Origin: Trichoplax sp. H2 | Taxonomy: Eukaryota | Length of the DNA: 64,000 bases | Reading direction: 5' to 3' | Assembly: GCA_003344405.1 (NCBI GenBank) | Contig: NOWV01000001.1 | Span: 310,001-374,000, forward strand | Shown: positions 1 to 12,929 of the stretch, piece by piece | How positions within the stretch are numbered: position 1 is the stretch's first letter | Layout: each line of letters starts with the position of its first letter | The notes under the pieces: model-generated | The model's input: the letters and a program-made list of their open reading frames with translations, nothing else | Told to the model about the DNA's origin: nothing | Database searches by the model: none | Position numbers and translations under genes: made by a program

Positions 1-2954
1 AATACCTAAGGTAAAACCATTCATTTGTAAAAATTTAGTAAGTAGCTTTGATACGCTTGATAGGAAAGTAGTCGAAGTATCGCCGCCATATAATTCATAA
101 CAACAATGAACTAAACCGTAAGATGTGGCGCCAAAATGAGCTTTGTCTAAGATTCCACATAACAATTCTCCTTGTCGAATAACAACTTGAGATTCGGATA
201 AAATTTCATCATATAACGGTTTATAATAGCGCGATTTCTTTTTCATACGTGTATTCACCCAACTTTTATCGGCAATTTTTGATTTGCCCAACATATTTAA
301 AGGTGTACTATTCTTGGGTAAGATATTGAGAAGGAGAGTTGATAAAACTTGCTTACCAGACCATAACTGACGTGGCTTTATAATACAAGGTGGTAATAAA
401 TGTATCGGACCATCTTTATCAGTTAATGCGAAATAAATAAGCTGAAAATATTGCTCTTTTGTAAACATTCGACCACGAATCATTAACTTCACAGAGGATA
501 CCATATGATCTTGTATCAAACCACTTATTGGCTTACCATCTTTAGGTAGGAGATACTGATATTTAGTACTTGCAATAGTATAAGCTTCAGCACGTGATAA
601 TTCGGATTGTGGAACATGCATATTCATTTCGTCACCATCAAAATCAGCATTATAGCATTTACAATTAGCGTAATGTAATCGTAGAGTTTTCTCACCTGGC
701 AAAACTCTAACCTTATGTGCCATTATACTAGGACGATGTAACGTAGGCTGGCGATTCATTAATACCACATCACCATCAACAAGATGACGATGAACTTTTT
801 TACATTGACCAACATGGGACGTATTTGGAGTTAATAATTGCTTTGCTAAGGCTTGGCGTTGATTGAAACTGTGTTGACTAATTTTCTTAATATTACCATC
901 TTCAAATTCAATAAGAGTTGCACCGGGATGCTTATTAGGCCCATTGATGACGGCATTTCTCAACTGTCTAACATTAAATGGTGTAACAGGTTGACAATAG
1001 GTCAATTTTGTAGCAAATACCTCAGGAACTCCAACTTCATCGCAATTAATTGAAAGATCAGGCGAAATTACTGATCGAGCAGCAAAATTCACTCTTTTAC
1101 CCATCATATGCTTCCTTAATAAACCTTCTTTCTTTTCAAGTATTTGCTTAATACCAGGTGCCTTATCAGATGATAATTTATCTAAATCGCTGTCCACAAA
1201 ACAGTTAACGTGCGTTTGTAATCGAAGCCAAGCATTGTGTAATCGAGCTGTAGGTGTACTGCCTGCTATCTTGATTGATCTACCACCAAAGTAATAAGAT
1301 TTCACCTTAACGTCGTGATCGTTGACATTTTTATTCTCTTCTTGTTTTAGATTATCAATTAAATCTTCTACAACGACATTATCTTCTAAAATTTTATTTA
1401 AGTTGGTAGTTTGAGGGCTTTCAAAACGACTATCACCTAATGTTGAAACCTGTCAAGTTCAAGATGATAATAGAGAATCAAACAAGGGTAAAAATGAGTT
1501 CTATTTTATTACAACGCTATAATTTCCGTATCTAGTAATATACCATTATTAACTTGTTACTCCTAAATGTGGACTGCAGTATAATTTAATTCAAGGCCAC
1601 AAGAATGTAACTATGTAATCATTGACTATTTTATATACAAGTAGCATGATACATAAATTATTTAAAAGATCCAATTATAATAACTGATTCTACTTACAGG
1701 CCTAAATCGTGTTGGTGGGACTGGGATGACATCCAAGAAGAAAGAATTTTCATTTGCTATACGTCTGTTGGAGGTAAGTTTATTAAATGTGCCAAAGACT
1801 AGCGTTAATATGCGTTTCTCATTCTTCCATAGTTGGCGTAAATGATAACGAACTTCAATAGGATGCATATATTTTTGACGAGCTAATGAGTATTCGCTCT
1901 CCATTTCGGTATTCTTTCCTTGATCAATACTGTCATTTGATAGATTACTTGTGACCTGATGTACTAAATTACCCGATTCTGTATTTTCAACTAATTCCTG
2001 AAAATCAATAGTTTTATCATAATCTTCCTGGTCATCATCATCTTCCTGATCAGCCTTGGAATTATTTTTACTCTCATTGTCATAACCTTGCCAATTTACT
2101 TTCGATTGACCATTCTCATCATCATCTTCCTCATCGTCACGGTTACTTTGATTCTTTTTCTTACTTGATACCGTCTTATCCTTGGACACGGTAGTTAATG
2201 TCATCGCATTGGACGATTTTACACGTTGTTTATAGAATACCTTAGCATGGTGCTGTGCTCGAATAATATGGGGTGGACCTTCACAACGGTTACATTTCTT
2301 CGATCCATGTGAGATACAATAATGAAAAAATTGATGTAAAATCAATTTACGACATTGAGTTACATTTTTACTATAAGTCCATTTGGAGGTATTTTTCTTG
2401 TCTTGCAATGGTATATTGGCAAGAGCATGTTGAACTTCTGCATTGATGGCATGAATGATACCTTTTTGGATTTGTTGAAAGCTCATGTCTTCACTGCTGC
2501 TAAGAGTATGAGCCACTGCATCAGCAATATCAGGTAATTCATAGCATTTAGTCAGTAATCCATACTCGAGTAATTTCATCTGGCAGACGAAAAGATTTAA
2601 AGCTGCAGGTGTACCATGTAAATGATGGCACTGAAAGCACATCCCTTTCAGCAGCATTAGCATGTGCTTAAAGAATAACGGATGATAGACAGGTAAATGC
2701 AGATCAATATGGCCAAAATGACCAGGACAATAATCCATAATTTGCCCACAGGTACTACATGGGCTTAACGTTTCAATTGGGCCTAATGCTGGATCGCATA
2801 GACCACCATGATTTGCATTCATTAATCGATCAAAAGTATGCACATTGGTAATTTGTTTAACGCTTAATTTACGGATATCCTCGCTCGTATAAGTTGAAAA
2901 GCGAACAGCTAATGGTCGTTTAATCGGTACTGTGTTATTGGACCAATTCGCCAT
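1..2954 (-). CDS. POLR1A: RNA polymerase I largest subunit (RPA1), 5' part; exons 2954-1698 and 1449-<1, continues off the window
   Basis: N-terminal zinc site (CSTC...CPGHFGHI). Spliced junction reads TRFRP|VSTLGDSRFE (donor at 1697, acceptor at 1450). Exon 2 has KQILEKKEGLLRKHMMGKRVNFAARSVISPD, NRQPTLHRPSIMAH and the catalytic YNADFDGDEMN motif (~620-655). Possible 5'UTR intron at 2970-3095. Confidence 0.97.
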
Positions 2955-3339
2955 ATTTTATCGATTCACCTTAGGATAGAAAAAGGCAAGGGAGTTGATT
3001 ACAGTATGACTACTTTTAGCAAGCATTTTGTACACAGCGATCCATCCATCAGGTCGATAATGCAATTGATCACTACGATATAGTTTACTCCTTACCGTCA
3101 ATTACAAATTTCCAATCAGAATCTTTAATAGCTGCACCTATAGTGTGTTCTTATCCTTGGGAAAATCAATCTGATCAAAGCAGAAAATATTAATGAGATT
3201 TCTCGTCTTGAGTACAACGAGTCCAACCTTTAACCACCATGATGGCCGGCATGAGATCGATTGAAAGCATGAGCAAGAGCTTGTGGTGGCTTGGTGCATC
3301 TGCGTCAACTGCAGCTTGTGGCACGCACACTATGAGGTG

Positions 3340-3600
3340 TCATGTATCGGACTGATGGATGGACTAGAAGTTGTACAGTACTGTACATTGTACAATGTAC
3401 AGTGCAGTATACTGTACACTGTACCGATCGTACTGTAATTGCAATTCACCGGCTTAACACGCACCCTATAGAAGATGGTGTAGCTATCAGACTATTTGGA
3501 ACAGTATACTATACTGAGTATAGAATACAGTCGACTACTTTCTTCTAGCTAGAGCCTACAGTATACTATATCAGACAGCAGGATACGATAGTGGTTTTTG
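3340..3600. promoter_or_regulatory. Divergent POLR1A/COA7 promoter region with a GTACAGTA/TACTGTAC motif array
   Basis: Start codons are head-to-head at 2954 (-) and 3771 (+). Dense tgtacagtactgtaca / cagtatactgtac repeats at ~3370-3570. Confidence 0.6.
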
Positions 3601-3770
3601 ACTGCAGTGTCCACGCGAATCTCTCCATCGATCACTCAATTATTCAGATAGGGTGACCTGCCTCATAGTAACCATGCAACGTAATTGCTGAGGAGAGGAA
3701 GAAGCTCAAGAGACCATGCCATGGCCATCTATGTCCATTAGTACCTCTGCGTTGTTATGAATCATAGGCC

Positions 3771-6250
3771 ATGTCTGTGGAAGATGAAGCTGGTAAAGAA
3801 TTTAAGGCAAATCTACAGAGCTTATTAAAAGAAGAATGCTTCGTTGATAATAAACCTAGATGTAAGTGGTGCTTGTATTGGCTTGCATTGCTGTTAGTCC
3901 ATTGGCGTTCATTCTTGCGAATGATTGCTAAATGAAATGTAAGCAAAGTGTGCAAGTAGATGATTGGCGTAAGCAAATAGAACTAACCACACAGTAGCTA
4001 GTTATTAAAAACTTAAGTAGAATCATGTCATCCTGCAGCAAATATAGATAGTAGTATAACTAAATCTGCGGTGAAAGATTACAAATGATAACGAGTTAAC
4101 GTTAGGCTTAGGCAATGCAAATACTGTACAGCTAAGTACTTGGTAAGCAATCGTTCAATGTTGAAATTGAATCATCGAGAGGTTATTAAAAAAAGAATGC
4201 TTCGTTGATAAGAAAACCGAGATGTAAATGCTGCTTGTATTGGCTTGTATTACTCTTTATCCATTGTCATTTATTCTTGCTAATGATTGCTAAATGACAT
4301 ATGGACTGAGTATGCGAGTGGACGATTGACGTAAGCTAGTAGAACTAACCACGTAGCTGTTAGTCATCAAAGGATACAGTAGAATCATGCCATCCTGCAG
4401 CAAGAATAGAGAATAGTATAACTAAATCTGCGGTTGGAGATTACAAATGATGATAAGTTAACGGTAACTTAAGCCAATGTAAATAATACTGTACAGCTTA
4501 GCACTTCGTAAACAGTCGTTCAATGATGAAATTGAGTCATCGAGAGCTTATTGAAAGAAGAATGTTTCGTTGATAAGAAAACCTAGTTATAAGTGCTGTT
4601 TGTATTGGCTTGCATTGCTCTTTGCCCATGGCCATTCATTCTTGCTAGCGATGGCTGAATGAGATATTGGCTAAGTATGTGAGTAGACAATTGACGTAAG
4701 CAAATAGAACTACCCACGGAGTAGTCAATCATCTAAGGATAAAGTATTGTAGATTTACCATGTCACCCTACTACAAGCGTAGATAATAGTGTAACTAAGT
4801 CCGCAGTGGAAGATTACAAATTATTGCAAGTTAACGGTAAGAGTAGACTATACAAATACGGTACAGCTAAGCGGTCTTTTAATGATGAAATTGAATCATC
4901 TTGAAGATTGTACTTGTACACTAATAGATGATAAGTATGGTGGTATACAAGCACTGCAGTTATTAAGTGACGAAGTAGAGTCATATCCTGCGGCAAGCAT
5001 GGACAAAAGCATAGTCAAGTCTAGGGTTATAATGATAAGTGAGTTAATAACAAACCTAGACAATACCAATGCAACTAGGTAGGAATCAGATGATAAATAA
5101 GGGCATCTGCAGCAAGCACGAATACAAACGTAATACAGCCTGTCTACGTTTAATATTCCAATTGTACTCACAAGCGTAGTGAAATAAAAATACAACTAAA
5201 TAGTCATCAGATGATGAAGCAAAATCATATCATTTTTCAAAACAAGCAATAATAGTAAATGAAGCACGGTAGCTTATGCGAATAATTTAGATCTTAAAAG
5301 TTTGGTTATGATCTTGTTCTATGAGAAATACATAGCGCGTTTAACAGTTTTATATACTCACAACATATGTAAACTGTACGTAGAGTATACTTACATTAAA
5401 ATAGTGAAACCATGTACTGCTGCAAAAGTAGCACAAACCAAAATATCATTTACTAATTTAACAATGAAACTATCGTGCCATTAGCTCTAGTAGACTAGAA
5501 ATATGACTGTTAATTTCACCTTAATTGAATTCTTTAATGTTTATTACAGCTTGCCATCAACTTGCAGAGCTTTATCAAAATTTTGAAAAACAGGAAGAGA
5601 AGGCATTCCATCAGTTTAAAAAAACATGCCTTGAAATGTGTTACATGCCAAGCTGTTTTGCATTGGGAATGTATTACATGCAGAAAAGAGGTAGGTTATT
5701 TAATAGTGAACGTAAGCACTAGTGCAGGAATACCAATAATATATATCTAACAATAGAAGAAATATCAACTTTAGACTTTAAATTTTCATGCAACTGATAT
5801 CTTACGCATGGAATTGTCATTATGTTATCTTAACCAGAATTCACTGGTGGTAAAGATCCTGATAAAGCTCTCAAGTACTTCTTAATGGCGTGTGAAGCTA
5901 ATATTTCTGGTGCGTGTAATAATGCTGGACTCATATTGCAACATGGTACAGAAAAAAGTCCAAAAGATGTGAAAAGAGCGGAAGCATTATTTGAGAAAGC
6001 TTGTAAAGACGACTTTGCAAACGGATGTTTTAACCAAAGTATTCTGTATCTAACTGGTAGAGAGAAGGAAATTCCTCGCGATATGGAAAAAGCTGTAGAA
6101 TTAGGTGTCAAAAGTTGCAATCTTGGTCATTTATGGGGATGCATGAATGCTAGTAAAGCATACAAAACAGGAGACGGAATAGAAGCTGATCAAGAAAAAG
6201 CTAAAAAGTTTAGCGATATCGCTTTAGAGTTGATGGGAGCCAAGAAGTGA
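3771..6250 (+). CDS. COA7: Cytochrome c oxidase assembly factor 7 (Sel1-repeat protein); exons 3771-3861, 5550-5690, 5838-6250
   Basis: Phase-consistent splicing gives MSVEDEAGKEFKANLQSLLKEECFVDNKPRSCHQLAELYQNFEK...CLEMCYMPSCFALGMYY...KALKYFLMACEANISGACNNAG...KSCNLGHLWGCMNASKAYKTGDGI. The paired-Cys Sel1-like repeats match COA7/SELRC1. Confidence 0.9.
3817..4900 (+). repeat. Three ~362-bp tandem copies starting in COA7 exon 1 and spanning its donor site
   Basis: agagcttattaaaagaagaatgcttcgttgata...gcttgtattggcttg recurs at ~3817, ~4177 and ~4542. Each unit ends in aaattga(a/g)tcatc. Confidence 0.9.
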
Positions 6251-7059
6251 AACTGACAGAGTTTTAAATTTTTATTATACTTTATTTAAGCTGCAATGTC
6301 CAAATAAAATTGAGGGCAATCTCATAAATATTACTACCCTATCCTAACTCGAATGCTGTAATCTTTTTTTAAAAATGAGGTATGCTTAAACGAAACATTA
6401 CTGTGTCCGAAAAACATAAAGTATGCAAGAGTTTTATAACTTTATTGGTATTGGCGTTATGATGTAGTAGGACTATTACAGTATGAAGTTCCTCATATAC
6501 ATATATAGCAAGAGTAGTGTAAGTGTACATGTATTATTTAATAAGTTTAATGTGAAGAAACAGATAATAGAAAATGTAAAGAAATTATTCTTAATTTACG
6601 ATTCCGTACACACGTAGCTACTTTGTAAAAGACTAAATTTACAGCAACGATTGGGGTAGTGCATTTATCAAATTTCTCTTATTCCCTTCGCTTTTTAGTT
6701 GTTGGAGATATAATGCTTCTGCCCCTTTCACTTATAATGGAATGATTTATCGTTTATATAAAATACTAGTATAAGCCTCAGCTCGCGAATTAAAATGAAA
6801 TGATCTTTCGCATTTGCGTATAGTAGCTTTTCTAGGACTTTCTGGGCCTGTATAATAGTACGATAATCGAAATAAAATAATCTGCCTTTAGGTAACCCTC
6901 CTAGGGCTATAAATGCCTAGCTAAATGCTTCGCTACATTAACAGATGCGTACAATCCCGTACAGTAATTAATATGAATGAAGTACACCTTCCTACAGTCT
7001 CCTCTTACTGTAAACACGTAGTTAAAAATTTTACTGTGCCATTAAGATACCGATGAATA

Positions 7060-7640
7060 TTGCATTGTCTGTTCGTAATTAAGCATTCTACAACTCTAGA
7101 TACTGTGTGGACTACGGTATTTGCTAGCTATCCAAATAGCATATTCATGAATATGAAATGAATAGATAATAATCACTGTAGCCTCCCTACGACATTAAAC
7201 TCTCACAGAAGCTTTCTAGAACACTGGATACCTTCTAAATTACATGTTAGCTGCGCTAATAGCTTGCTAATAATATAAAATAAATTGTCAATAACCATTA
7301 CACCCTCTTCACGACATTAATCGCTTAGACAACATGTTTTGATACTCTAGATTCACATTAATTGATTACTGTGAATTACACTACTGCTAGTAATTGATAC
7401 ACTTTCTCTGTGACATAGGTAACTTAGACACACATGTTTTGCTCCACTAGCGCCACGCTAATTAATGTAAAATGAGCTGTCCATCATAAAATGCATCAAT
7501 TTCTAGGACTCTCGATACGATACAAAATAGCTAACTGCACTAATACCCTCTCAATAATGTGAAATGAATCGCTAATCCGTGAAGCAAATTGTATAAGGCT
7601 TTAAATACCCAGACAAAATGCTTGCTGTGTCAATTGAAGA
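7060..7640. repeat. Decayed short tandem duplications (~100-120 bp)
   Basis: acgacattaa at ~7190 and ~7311; cttagac(a)acatgttttg at ~7324 and ~7423; recurrent ctctaga/cactgga and tgaaatgaat segments. Confidence 0.5.
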
Positions 7641-8282
7641 CTAATTATGGAATTACGAGAAGTACAACACGGTGTCGCGAAGACTATCACACAATGTATG
7701 CCCATGGAGCTGCCTTCGTTATGCAACAGCAATTCTACTGGATGGTATAACAGTAGGACAGCGGATTAATTAATTATACAAGGCAATAGAGCATGGAACA
7801 TAGACTGCTATAGTTTATTGCATTTAGTAGATTGTTCTCTACACAATAGGATTACCGTTACGTAGTTCTATTTGATGGAACATGTTATATATATATAGTG
7901 CAATTACGACATCTATATTCTATAGTATTTACTGTATAATGCTAATTAGATGCTATTCGTTACTCAATTAGTTGGCATAGCAACGTTTTGCAAAACTGTA
8001 GGGGGCGATAAATCGAAGACATCGCTCTTTATTGAATTAGTCGTCCTCTTTTACTCACCTAAAAGCTGCCACTTCTATTATAAAAATTAAAGGAATCAAA
8101 CTCCATCACTATCGTAAATTAGTACAAGAGTGTGATTCAGCATTCGATAAGATTAAAATAAATAGAACTGTCAATAACTTGACAACGTCAATATTTCGAC
8201 TTTTTTAATTCCTACAGTGACTATTACTGGAAGAATTTCCTTTCGACAGAATACACCGACGTCAATCGTTTTAATTACTACC

Positions 8283-8804
8283 ATGACAGATATCCAAAGA
8301 AGTGCTACTGAAGCTCGAGATCGAGCAGCTCGACTGTTAAAAAAGAAAGCAAGTTTTACGTCGGAACATCCTATCCTTAGGACAAGCGGCATGGCATCAG
8401 AACAACCAATCCACCCACAAAGTCATGAAGATACACGCAGTCAATTACATCATAAGGAAAATACTTATAAAATGGATCCGGATGTACGTTTTCCATCAGC
8501 TGCTATCAAATCAATCGTGCAAGATGTATTAGAATCTTACTTACAAAACGAATCTTATGATTCGGAAGTGTGTCGTGAAATGACAAAAACTGTATCAGAA
8601 GTAATACGAAGCCGAGTCAAAGATCTCAACTTACGTCGGTACAAGTTGGTTTCGTTAGTTTATATTGGCCAATTAACCAATCAAGGTGTCAAATTGGGTA
8701 GTCGTTGCTTGTGGGATCCAAGTAACGATAATTTTTCCTCTCATAGTTACCAAAATGCTTCCTTATTTGCCGTAGCGACTGTCTATGGGATCTATTTAGA
8801 ATAA
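8283..8804 (+). CDS. DYNLT5: Tctex-1 domain dynein light chain, TCTEX1D1/DYNLT5-like; single coding exon, 173 aa
   Basis: ATG at 8283 gives MTDIQRSATEARDRAARLLKKKAS. Tctex-1 fold: ENTYKMDP...RYKLVSLVYIGQ...SRCLWDPSNDNFSSHSYQNASLFAVATVYGIYLE. Confidence 0.88.
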   Translation: MTDIQRSATEARDRAARLLKKKASFTSEHPILRTSGMASEQPIHPQSHEDTRSQLHHKENTYKMDPDVRFPSAAIKSIVQDVLESYLQNESYDSEVCREMTKTVSEVIRSRVKDLNLRRYKLVSLVYIGQLTNQGVKLGSRCLWDPSNDNFSSHSYQNASLFAVATVYGIYLE

Positions 8805-11800
8805 AAAATAGGAATAAAATAATATAATTAGGAACTAAAACAGATTTTTTTCCCCCTTGTTCTAATCTTAGATGACGTTTCTAATTTCTCATTTACAGTA
8901 AATTTTATTTTGCCTGCTCTGTTGCATTACAATTTATTACAGCACGTTATCTGAATTAAATTGTTGAAAGGCTTTCTATGATTTTTAAATCGTAGAGTAA
9001 AATTAGTTTTCTGTTCTCCATAGCAAATGTATATGTGCCCACATATAATGTATGTTACTTGTAGGATAATGTATTGCCTACTCAATTATAACAATATTAC
9101 TATATTGGATAGAAAGAAGGAATGAATTATAACTTTATACAATTGTTGAAAAATAACATACAAGTTAATGCCTTACATCAATAATGTATATATAGATAAA
9201 TAGACACTTTTAGCATCCTGAAATGCATGAAAGTATCTGTAAATATATCTTACTATCCATAACATGTTAAAAATATAAATTTATGCTTTCGTTGTGTAAG
9301 TAGTTAGAAAGCGATTTTTAGTTCATTTTCTGTTGACTAGGAAAATTAAGTTGAACAAATAAGCCAATTAGGAACTTTTATAGGAGTCAAGCTTGTTTTA
9401 AAAGTGTTTTTTCAATTAATGTCCAAGTTTTAACTTATATTATCACAGTACCCTAACTACTACTACGAGTGATTGTTAATTTATACTATTAAATTTTCAA
9501 TTTCAATTGGATGAGCTCTAAAAAAATTATAACTGCTACGAAAATTCGATAGAATTATTGTCTATTTTCCTGTTAACGAGCGCCAATTTCTTTCAAGTAT
9601 TAATTAAATCGATCATACCAATAGACTATCTCACACTTTGTGAAATTATTTCAGTATTCTTGTATCGAAATACGGTGCTATCCCACTATATTCTACTTCT
9701 ACTCTAGCTTGGTCGTCAGAATGATTGCCAAAGAATTTAGGGTATTGACTAGATACCGTTACTATATTACCACCAAAAGTAAATCAATGATATAGTTAAA
9801 TGTTACTACAGCAACGATAATAAATACTAATTAAACACATCCAGATATTTTGCTATACTCATATAAGTAAGAGCAATTGCTTAACAATTTAAATTGAATG
9901 TTACATTTATAAAGTACTTAAAGTATACTGAAATTATGATTAATAACCAACTGGCAAAAAGCAGTTATAATTGATGTTTTAATTATGAACGAAAATAGTA
10001 GAATTAAATTTATTTTCTTCTCTTTACTCCAACTGCAATAATACCAATTGTTAGCTAATAGCTATCCTTGAAAACACCATCTATTTGTGCAAATTACTTT
10101 TTCTGTATACTAAGAAAGCAATCATTGGGACTCAATGTCTTATTGTTATTAGAGAATCCTTTTACCGTCCATGTAATTTAAAATCAAGGATAAATAAGTA
10201 AACTAATTATTTTTCAATCAGAATGATAAATTTCGCTAGCAGTTGATTTAATCTTACAATACATACGATAAAGCTTCAATTAAGGTATTGATTTAGCACT
10301 ATGTATTTATGTAGAAGTTTCAGAAGCTAAGTGATTGCATGGTTGCCAGCTATAATTTAACAGCTTTATTATAGTTACTTTTGAAGTACCGATAATTGAA
10401 TCCTTGTTAGGTATCTAATATAGGTGAATAATAAACGAGTTAATTGCTTATAGTATGCAGTGGAGTTCAATATCTTTCCATGAAACAACTAAACATTCTT
10501 AACATTTGTGAACACGATATTAAATTCAGATTTAAGCTGATATCAAAGCAATTAACAATTACCAATTTAGCCCACTCTTTAATCCATAGATTGGCCCTGT
10601 ACTACTGTCTAGGTACCTTATATAACTAATAAAAATATTAACAAGAAAAAAGGCATGCCGTATATAGTTGTTATACCCTCTTGAAAGATAAATCTGATAC
10701 TGCTATAAGATCTGTATGCATACAAAACGAGATATCTGCGATTTAATAACAGCAATTGATCCAATCGGTCATGAAACAGCCTTTTGTTCACTAATATTCA
10801 GTTTTGAACTTAAATTGCTATCCAGTATTTTATTACTTGATATTTAAACCAATGCAGGACGTTTATTCTCATAGGTTGCCTTTTTAATTAATAATTAATT
10901 ACGAAATTAATGGGTAAAGCATGTTATTCGACTGGCAATATTAGTATAGCATGAGTAGTGCTATAGGAATCCTTCTGATAGCATTGCGTCTGTTATATAC
11001 GAAAAATGAAGAACATAAATTGATAGCTGATTCTATCTAGTTGTGAAGTATCCATTGCAGCAGATACTCTGATTAATATGGTACGATATTAGATATTATT
11101 AATTGGTACTGCTAATAAATAACTCTTATTTTTGTTCATATTACAACTGATATATTAAGTTCAACTTCTGAATTTAAGTGATTTGACTGATAGGATACGC
11201 TGTCCGATTTACTGAGTATTAACGTGATATGATCAATATCGTTGAAATTCTGTCAGTTATCTCGCTTAGTCTGTAATAAACTAGAAATATGAATAGATCA
11301 CTGATTTTGTATAGAACCCAATACTAATTCTGACAAGAAACTACTTATCCACTTGCTTAAATATATTTCTACCAATTTGAGGTATACAGTAATCAATCAA
11401 CTGATTAAAATATCTATTTGATTAATAGTTTTAACATGAAATAGAAAATATTCTCGAAACCTTTCCGATGATGTCACACATCCTGCTTGCAAGAAATAGG
11501 AATATGAAATGGATCATTGATTCGGTTTAGAGGAATCTGCATTGTTTATTAGACTAGGTATCCCGATAAAATTTCAGTTATCGATTTAGTAAAGAAATAA
11601 TTTTCATATGCTGGTATTAGAGTTAATATACTGGTACTATTGCTGCCTCTGAATAGAACGAATTGACTGAATGAGTACGTATGTTGTTAGCGTTAGGCTA
11701 CTAGTGAGTAAATAATACAAATATAGTATGATAAACATTATTAAAATTCTATCGATCAGTCATCTACTTCGTGAGATTTTGAATAAAGCAAATAAGCCGA

Positions 11801-12929
11801 CAAAGTAAGTATACAGATTAACAATGTAAATAAGCTATGATAAATATTACTGAAATTCTTTCAGCTTAGTGGGGTATCTGTGCTTGATGCAGAAGAAAAT
11901 GTAGATCGATATTTCATATATAATGTGATATAAGTATGTCAAGTCTTAAATCAGTGATTTCAGTTCTAAGCACTGGATATAAAATCTTATTTCTAATACA
12001 TTTTTTATAAAGAATTACGTTTGCTTGCTTATATTACTTGATATTTTTCCTACTAGAAATGTTAAAGTACTTTTCAACGTTTCTTTTAAAGTATCCAAGA
12101 TCGAGATTTTATGTGTTTAGTAATTAGTACCGGCATAGGCACAAGTGGATTCATACTGCATAAGTGTTAGAATGATCTATTCTGACGGATATTAGGATTA
12201 TTAAAAGCAACAACTCACGACTTTTGCAAAATTCTACTAGTTAGTCAGGTATATTATACTTTAAATTATAGGAAACTGTCTATGACATCTTCTATTCTTT
12301 AAAATCAGCGGAGATTGCATTAACATAATTTTAGTCTTTATTTAAAAAATTTATACTTTCTATAGAATCGTGTTTTACTGCTTTCTATCCATCATATCAT
12401 AATGGATCTATTTTATAATTAAACAATTCAAATCGTGTTTTTTCTCGTTAAAGAGAATAATACATTATATCCTATTTATCAAATCTTTGATTGGATTATA
12501 CAGTGTCAATTGCTCTTAACTAGTCCATAAATACTTTATAATTAAATTACGACTAAGGGTTTGAAACTGAATTAATAGTCATTTCTGTACAGCATGATGA
12601 AGAAGAACCCTTACTGTAATCATTATCATCTGTATTTCATTGACATTGCAGTCTTAATGGAAACTAAAGAATCGCCAGAGATCATAAAAATGGGTATGTT
12701 ATTTAATTGTACAAAATATAGTCTACATTCTCCTTGTATATAAAGGGCTACCCGGGTAAAGTGCTCGACAATATTAGCCTAGACTGAAAGAAGTAAAATT
12801 ATGAAGAGATCAGTTATAGAATTTATTTTAATTTAAAATATTAAACTTCAATTAATTGACATTGTAATAATGACTGAATTATCCATGATTCCTCTAGTTC
12901 TCATCAATGCTTTGATCGTCTCTTTCGCT

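Noticed and set aside
8217-8282. GTG-initiated N-terminal extension of the first Tctex ORF
   Set aside because: The GTG follows an acceptor-like ctacag, and the ATG at 8283 (accATG) is the better start.
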